A DNA stretch of 35,380 nucleotides from Thermoplasmata archaeon (GTDB lineage Archaea; Thermoplasmatota; Thermoplasmata; Lutacidiplasmatales; UBA184). This document shows positions 1 through 6,200 of this stretch, one piece after another (position 1 is the stretch's first letter; every line of letters starts with the position of its first letter). A model generated the notes under the pieces. That model searched no databases. It was not told the DNA's origin and was given only the letters and a program-made list of their open reading frames with translations. The translations under genes were made by a program, and so were the position numbers. The stretch covers positions 1-35,380 of the forward strand of contig JASHYB010000080.1 in the NCBI GenBank assembly GCA_030043255.1, in the 5' to 3' direction.

Positions 1-977
1 GCGTCGACCCGGACGGTGTCGATCCCCTCCAGGTCGACGAAGTACGCGCTGCCGTCCGGCGCGATCACCGCGTCCTTGTCGAGCCAGACGTCCGAGAAGT
101 CGAGCCCCGTGTAGCGGTCCTTGCGCGGGTCGTACTCCATCGTGCGCGCGAACAGGGTCAGCAGGGCGAGCGCGCTGCGCACGAAGTTCGTCTGGAACCG
201 GTGCGCCTTCGCCGGGGTGTCGATCCGGAACAGGTCGAAGACCTGGCCGATGTCGCTGCCGACCGTGCGCCGGCCGTGGAAGTAGAACCGCACGTTCGAC
301 GGCACCAGCCGCAGCTCCTGGACGAACCGGTCCCGGTACCGGCGGAACCAGTAGATGCTCCGCAGCCGGCGTTCCAGCTCCGGCGGGAGGAGGGCGACCT
401 TGACGACGGGGGCGATGCGGAAGCCGTTCAGGTCGGTGAGGTTCGCCCGTTCCGAGACCGCGAGTGCCGTCAGGGCGTGCGGGAGACCCTGGCCGCCGTA
501 GGGGGAGCCGCGCAGCCAGAGCTCTCCCGTGATGAGCCCCCCGCCCCCGCGCGACGGGTGCAGCAGCCGCGAGCGCGTCTCCGGGTCGTCCGTCAGGTCG
601 GCGGCGAGGGGGCCGTCGAGCGGGCCGTGACCGAACGGGTCGATCGCCGAGCCGACCCCCTTGACCGACAGGAAGAACGGCTGCCCGTCGAGCGTCGCCG
701 CCGGCCGCGGGTCGATCGCGCTGCGGTTGTCGTCCTCCAGGAACCGGCGTTCGGCGAGCGGCGAGCCGTCGAGCAGCGCGGCCATCGAGGGCGGAAGGAA
801 GCACCGGTCCCAGGCCCGGAGGTCGGCCTGCCGGAACCGCCGATTGACGATCGTCTCCGCCGGATATTCGAGCAGCTCCAGCGGGGGCCCGCTCAACAGC
901 GGGGCCGGGGGAACGAGGTCGGCCGCCGGGACGGTAGCCGACCGAAGGTCCACGGGGCCGGTCGACTCGGTCCGCAC
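1..977 (-). CDS. hypothetical protein, 3' end cut by the window edge
   Basis: Hand translation of the minus strand gives an uninterrupted, GC3-biased frame from the stop at 1077-1079 down to the window edge (...FLSVKGVGSAIDPFGHGPLDG...GELWLRGSPYGGQGLPHALTALAVSE...DRYTGLDFSDVWLDKDAVIAPDGSAYFVDLEGIDTVRVD). It is absent from the ORF track because it has no stop in the window. In-frame starts are GTG 977, GTG 953, TTG 896 and ATG 785, so the start is uncertain. I did not recognise a family. Confidence 0.55.
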   Translation of the reverse strand, partial: MRTESTGPVDLRSATVPAADLVPPAPLLSGPPLELLEYPAETIVNRRFRQADLRAWDRCFLPPSMAALLDGSPLAERRFLEDDNRSAIDPRPAATLDGQPFFLSVKGVGSAIDPFGHGPLDGPLAADLTDDPETRSRLLHPSRGGGGLITGELWLRGSPYGGQGLPHALTALAVSERANLTDLNGFRIAPVVKVALLPPELERRLRSIYWFRRYRDRFVQELRLVPSNVRFYFHGRRTVGSDIGQVFDLFRIDTPAKAHRFQTNFVRSALALLTLFARTMEYDPRKDRYTGLDFSDVWLDKDAVIAPDGSAYFVDLEGIDTVRVD

Positions 978-1360
978 GGTCGCCGAGGGCGGAGCTCGGA
1001 CCGGGAGAAAGGGTTTCGGCGACGGGGGCCACCTCCGAGCGAGGTCGGAGCTACGGTCCCATAGCCTGCCGAATTTTCAGGCCGGAGCGGGACCGACCGA
1101 GCGCGGCTCGCTCGATCGGACCCGTTCCTGCGGCGTCCGCGCCGACGCCCGCGCGTCGGCACCGCCGAACGTCGGTCGGGGGTCGAACCTCGCTGGTCCG
1201 AGGTGACGAGGCCCCGCAGAAACAGCGCTGCGCCGAGGGAGGAACGCGGACCTTCGGCGGAGTGGGGGTGGGAGGGACCGGAGGTCCGCGTCACAGCTCC
1301 AGCGACGCCGCGGGGGATAAGCCCACCTCTCGACCCGCAACTCCGCCATGTTATGAAACC

Positions 1361-2395
1361 GTGCCGGCTCACCGGCCCGTGCGCACCGCTCCGGAGGTCC
1401 GGCTCCAGCGTGGCGAGCAGGCGCGGCTGAAGCTGCTCGCCGGCTCGGCGACGACGCCGAAGCGGCTGGCGCAGCGGGCGCGGATCGTCCTGCGCGCGGC
1501 CGACGGGGCCCGCGACCAGGAGATCGCCGCGGAGCTCGGCACCGACGCCGGGACGGTCGCCCGCTGGCGTCGGAGGTTTTTGATGCAGCGGGTCCCGGGG
1601 ATCGAGCGCGACGCGCCGAGGCCCGGTCGGCCCTCGACGATCCCGACCTCCACGATCCAGGTGATCCTGCGCAGCACGCTGGGTCGGCGACCGGCGACGG
1701 GGCGCTTCTGGTCGGCCCGCACCCTCGCGCGCGAGGTCGGAGTGAGCAAGACCACCGTCCAGCGGGTCTGGAAGGCCCACGGGATCGAGCCGCACCGCCC
1801 CGCGGAGACGTTCCGGCCCAACCCCGGCCCGAGGTTCGTCGACAAGGTCACCGACTTCGTCGGCCTGTACCTCGACCAGCCGGAACGGGCGATGGTCTTT
1901 GCCGTCGACGAGCGGGCCCGCGAGTCCCGGCTCGCGCCGGTCGAGCGCAAGGCGATCCGGGCCTACGAGGAGGGCCGACGGGGTCTCGAGTTCCGGGCGT
2001 TCCTGCAGGCCCTGGACCGCGAGACGCCGAAGGGCCTCGACCTGCACCTGCTGGTCGACAGCCGCCTCACCCCGTCGGACCCGGAGGTCCGACGCTGGCT
2101 GGTGCGGCACCCCCGGTTCTACCTCCACTTCGTGCCGTCCGGCGGACGGGAGCCGAACGTGATCGACCGGTGGTTCGCCGACTTCACCCGGCGCAGCGGC
2201 CGGGTCTCCGAGTTCCCCAGCGTGGCGCGCCTGCGGCGCGCGATCCGCGACCACCTCGCCATGCCGGACGCCAGATCCCGCCCGTTCGTCTGGACCGCGA
2301 CGCGCGAGGAGATCCGCGACCGCAGCGGTCGGCCGGCGATCCTCCGGGGGGTGGTGCCCCCGACGGGCATCCCCCGGCGCCCTCCGCCGGTCTGA
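1361..2395 (+). CDS. IS630-family transposase-like protein, probably degenerate
   Basis: This is the frame of ORF 1262..2395. The N-terminal HTH region LKLLAGSATTPKRLAQRARIVLRAADGARDQEIAAELGTDAGTVARWRRRF, a second HTH WSARTLAREVGVSKTTVQRVWKAHGIEPHR, then FVDKVTDFVGLYLDQPERAMVFAVDE ... LHLLVDS ... HPRFYLHFVPSGGREPNVIDRWFADFTRR all match the IS630/Tc1-like layout. About 30 residues seem to be missing between the first and second catalytic Asp. GTG 1361 is the most plausible start; the upstream part of the ORF looks non-coding. Confidence 0.7.
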   Translation: MPAHRPVRTAPEVRLQRGEQARLKLLAGSATTPKRLAQRARIVLRAADGARDQEIAAELGTDAGTVARWRRRFLMQRVPGIERDAPRPGRPSTIPTSTIQVILRSTLGRRPATGRFWSARTLAREVGVSKTTVQRVWKAHGIEPHRPAETFRPNPGPRFVDKVTDFVGLYLDQPERAMVFAVDERARESRLAPVERKAIRAYEEGRRGLEFRAFLQALDRETPKGLDLHLLVDSRLTPSDPEVRRWLVRHPRFYLHFVPSGGREPNVIDRWFADFTRRSGRVSEFPSVARLRRAIRDHLAMPDARSRPFVWTATREEIRDRSGRPAILRGVVPPTGIPRRPPPV

Positions 2396-2423
2396 AGCGC
2401 GCCCGGCGCCGGGAGCTCTGCGA

Positions 2424-2609
2424 TCAGGGCCGGTCGGCGTACCGCCCGACGAGCCCGAAGCCGAGGCCTCCGACCAGCACGCCCAGCAGGACCCAGAGCC
2501 CGCCCGGCCAGAGCTCGGAGAGCGACAGCAGGCCGAACTGCTGGAACAGGAGCACGACGACCCCGCCCAGGATCGCGCCGGAGCCCGCGGTCGACCCGGC
2601 GGCCCTCAT
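2424..2609 (-). CDS. small membrane protein with two predicted TM helices
   Basis: The 61-aa ORF has strong GC3 bias and two hydrophobic stretches (ILGGVVVLLF, LWVLLGVLVGGLGFGLV). Its ATG overlaps the stop of the upstream gene (ATGA at 2606-2609). Confidence 0.6.
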   Translation of the reverse strand: MRAAGSTAGSGAILGGVVVLLFQQFGLLSLSELWPGGLWVLLGVLVGGLGFGLVGRYADRP

Positions 2610-3235
2610 CGCGAGCCGGTCCCTCCCCGCCGGCGGGCGCGCGCCCGGACGACCACGACGATCCAGTAGGCCTCGGCGACCGCCAGCACGAGCCCGAAGA
2701 CGGCGATCGCCGAGCCGATGACGAACGGGGCTTGGAGCTCCACGTAGAACGCCTCGGAGAACACCAGGCTACCGTTCCCGTCCGTCAGCTGCGCGAGGAT
2801 CTCGTAGACCCCTTGCAGGACCCCGTTCAGCGAACCGATCGACCAGTTCAGCTCGGCCGTTCCCGCTCCGCCGGAAGCCGAGGGGATCGCGGCCTCGGTC
2901 GAGAGCGTGAGCCCGAGGAAGCGGAGGAGCAGCGAGGCGTTCGCCGGCACGGCGTCGCTCGCGGCGTCGCGGTAGGCAAACTCCACGATGGCCGTACTGC
3001 CGGACGCGAGCGGGAAGGCGTTCACCACCGTACTCGCGACGGAGATTGGGGTCCCGTCCCAAGTCACCGTGACCTCCAGTCCGGAGCCCGAAGCGGCCGT
3101 CGTCCGTGTCGCGAAGTCCGTCCCCCTCTCCGAGACGCTGGTGGTGTGCGTCGACGAGCCGACCAGAAGCCCGGCGAGGGCGATCAGCCCCACGAGCGTG
3201 ACGGCGGGCCGAAGGCTTCCCCGTTCCGGGCGCAT
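2606..3235 (-). CDS. membrane-anchored extracytoplasmic protein, function unknown
   Basis: The 209-aa ORF has an N-terminal signal/TM segment (VTLVGLIALAGLLVG), a Thr/Ser/Ala-rich beta-type middle region, and a C-terminal TM helix (FVIGSAIAVFGLVLAVAEAYWIVVVV) followed by an Arg-rich tail. A TATA-like box lies about 29 nt upstream of the ATG. Confidence 0.7.
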   Translation of the reverse strand: MRPERGSLRPAVTLVGLIALAGLLVGSSTHTTSVSERGTDFATRTTAASGSGLEVTVTWDGTPISVASTVVNAFPLASGSTAIVEFAYRDAASDAVPANASLLLRFLGLTLSTEAAIPSASGGAGTAELNWSIGSLNGVLQGVYEILAQLTDGNGSLVFSEAFYVELQAPFVIGSAIAVFGLVLAVAEAYWIVVVVRARARRRGGTGSR

Positions 3236-3257
3236 CCAGCCCGGCGGCGTCGCTCGC

Positions 3258-3269
3258 CTGTATCAAAGG
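3258..3269 (-). promoter_or_regulatory. TATA-like box for the membrane-protein pair
   Basis: The minus strand reads CCTTTGATACAG, centred about 29 nt upstream of ATG 3235. Confidence 0.45.
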
Positions 3270-3288
3270 TGGTGCGCAGGGGAACGCC

Positions 3289-6200
3289 CTACGGGGACGA
3301 CGCGTCCGGCGGCGGACCGGACTCTCCCTGCGGGGCGGCAGCGGGCGAGTCCCCGGCGCCGCTGTCGGCTGGGGGGCTCGGGTCGGCCGAGCCGGTGGCG
3401 CCGGCTTCGGAGGATTCGGTGCCCGTGCTGGCGGGCGAGGACTTGGGGGGCGGGACCGGGCGTTCCTCCGCGCCGCTCTCCTCCTCGGGCGCGGCGGAGT
3501 CGCCCGGCGAGACCTCGGGGACCGGTACGGCTTCCTCGGGGGACCGAGCTTCGGGTGCCGGAGAGACCGGTTCTCCGGGCTCGACGAAAGGTGTCGCGGC
3601 ATGCGGGCCCCCGGTCTCCGCCTCCGATACCGACGCCACAGGGCTTGCGGAGCCCGCCTCCGACCCCGCGGATGACGAGCTCTCGGGCACCCTCTCCGGG
3701 CTGTTGGCCGACATCACCCCGGTTTCGGCCTCGGGAACGGACACTCCTGCGTCCCCCGGACCTGCCTCAGCCGCCGGTGCGGGTGAGTCGCCGGGACCGG
3801 CGTCGGGCAGGGGGGCTGTCGCGTTCTCTTTCGGAGCGTCAGGCGCCGAACCGGCCAACCCACCGGCTTCGCCCTCGGCGGAGCCCGGCGCTTCGCCGTC
3901 GGCCCCGGGCTCAGTCGCGGCGCCGGCTAGTTCCCCGCTTCCGATCTCCGCCGTGGGCGGGGATGCTTCGCCTGAGCCCGCCTCCGCTCCTGGTGCGGGC
4001 AGAACATCGGGCCCCGCGGCGGCCACCGGTCCGGTCTCCTCCGTGGTCGCACCTCCGGGCGCCGCGACGTCCGTCGCGCCGGGGGCAGCTTCGGAGGTCG
4101 CGAGCGGGGCGCTGCCCGGCTCGTCCTCCGTAGCGATGTGGGTCCCCTTCTCGTCTTCCGCCGCAGCGTCCGGGCCGGTGAGAACGACGGGCTCGATCGC
4201 GGTCGCGGCAGGTATCTCGGCGCCAGCCGGAGGCGCCGGCTCCGCGACGCCCCCGGTGCTCCCCTGCGGGGACGGAAGACCGAGGTCGGAGACGAACCGG
4301 TCCAGCTCGGTCGGCGTCAGCAGCCCGGGGGTCAGGTGCAGCCAGGCCCGCGCCTCGTGCTCGCGCGCCTGGCGGTCCAGCTCCTTCAGGAACGCCACGA
4401 CCGCCTCGCTCCCGTGGATCCGGGTGAGGTACTCCGTCCCCTCGAGGAAGACGGCGGTGATGCCGCTGCTCTCGAGGCCCTGCCGAAGGAGGTCGGCCAG
4501 CCCCCTCAGGTCGCTCGGCCGGATCGCCCGGTCGCGGGCCAGGTTGCTGAGCCAGTAGACGGCGACCGGTCGCGGGCCGACGAGCGTGCGGATCCGCTCC
4601 GGCAGCTCCCGAACCACCGCGACCCCGCGGTGCCCCGCCGCGGTCGCTTCGAGGAACGGCTGCAGCGCGGGCAGCAGCGCTTCCGAGAGCTCGACCTCGA
4701 GACCGGCCGCCGGTACCGGCGCCGTCGCGAGCGGCGGGGTCGGCAGGTTCCCGGCGGCGCGGTCCGCTTCGGAGACGAACGCTGGCGCGACCGGGGGAGG
4801 CGGGGGAGGAGGGGCGCGCGCCGGTGGCGGGAGGGGCGCTGGCGGCAGGGGAGCCGGCGCCGCCGGGGGCGTAGGGGCCGGCGGGGGACCGGCAGGAGGG
4901 GCCACGCTCGTCGGCCCCACCGTTGCGGGTGCCGGCGCCGAGAGCTCTGACGTGAGCTCCCGCTCAGGGGTCGGCAGGGCAGGGAGGACAACGCTGACCC
5001 GGGAGAGGTCGTCCAAGGCGCCGGGGGCCTCGACCGCCAGCGCCGTGGGCGCGGCGGGACGGAGAGGAAGCGGTGCGGAGCGAGCGGGGGGCGTCCTGGG
5101 CGTCCGCACCGGTCGCGGCGGCGGAGCGGGGACGTCGCGGCCCAGCTTGGCGAACAGTCGCGCGGCCACCGGCCGGCCGAAGCCCGGCAGGGTCGCGAGC
5201 TCGTCGAACGACGCGGAGCGGATCTCCTCCACGGACGCGTAGCCGGCGTCCCAGGCGATCGCGACCTTGGACGGCCCCAGCAGCGGGGCGTCGAGCAGCT
5301 TGTCGAGCTGCTCGCCGAGCGCCCGCACCGCGTCCTCGTGGCCGATGACCGCGCCGTCGGTGTAGTCGACCTCGGGCCCACCGTCCGGGGTCGGTCGCTG
5401 GCGGATCGGCATCCTCCGGCTCGCGCCGGAGCCGCCGCGCGGCGCGGGGCGCGGGGACTTCGGCGGGCGGCCGAGCAGCCCCGGGATCTCCACCGACCAT
5501 CGGGTCCCGAGCCGGGTCCGGCCGGTGACCGCGGGGGGCACGGACTCCGGTCCGGGGGCGGCGTCGATCGTCAGGCGCGCCACGCCGAGCGCGGCGGCCA
5601 CGGCCGCCCACCGCTCGCGCAGCTCCTTGGCGAGCGGGTCGACGGCGACGATGCGCACGGCAAGGGCCCGCGACGCCTCCGGACCGACCCGGCGCAACCG
5701 GCGCCCGACGCGTCGGACCAGCCAGGCGGCGTCCGCCGAGAGCACCGCGCTCGGGCCGCCCGAAGCGGCCGCGCCGGTCGCCGGCACCTCCGCGTACATC
5801 TCGCCGAGGCCGAACGCCACCGGGACGACCCGGTCGGGGAGCGTCTCGACGAGCGCGAGCATGGACGGCGTGATCTGGTGCGGCTGGCCCTGGACGAAGA
5901 CCGAGAACCCCCGAGCGGTCTCCTGCTCGCCGGGCCGACGCGGCGGGGTCCGCTTCAGCAGGTACAGGATCTGCGTCGCCAGCGTGGGATAGGCCTTCTG
6001 GATCTCGCTCTCCACCGGGACCAGCTGGCGCCGCCGGCCCTCCCACGGGGTGCGGGGGCTGCCGACCTCGAGCCGGCCGATGCGGGCGAGCCGCTCGAGC
6101 AGGCTCCGGTCCCCGCGGAGCTGGTCCCCGAGCTGGTCGTCGGTGACGACCAGCGCCACCAGCGGTACCAGGGTCCCCGGGGCGAGGTGGCGCTCCGTGC

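Noticed and set aside
893-2254. 453-aa minus-strand ORF spanning the transposase region
   Set aside because: It is an Arg/Pro/Gly-rich shadow that is antisense to the recognisable IS630-like frame. At its 3' end it is out of frame with the real minus-strand gene at 1..977.
1080-2423. Complete IS630 element with defined ends
   Set aside because: I found only a weak, partial similarity between about 1292-1310 and the reverse complement of 2396-2423. There are no convincing inverted repeats or TA target duplication, so only the transposase-like CDS is reported.
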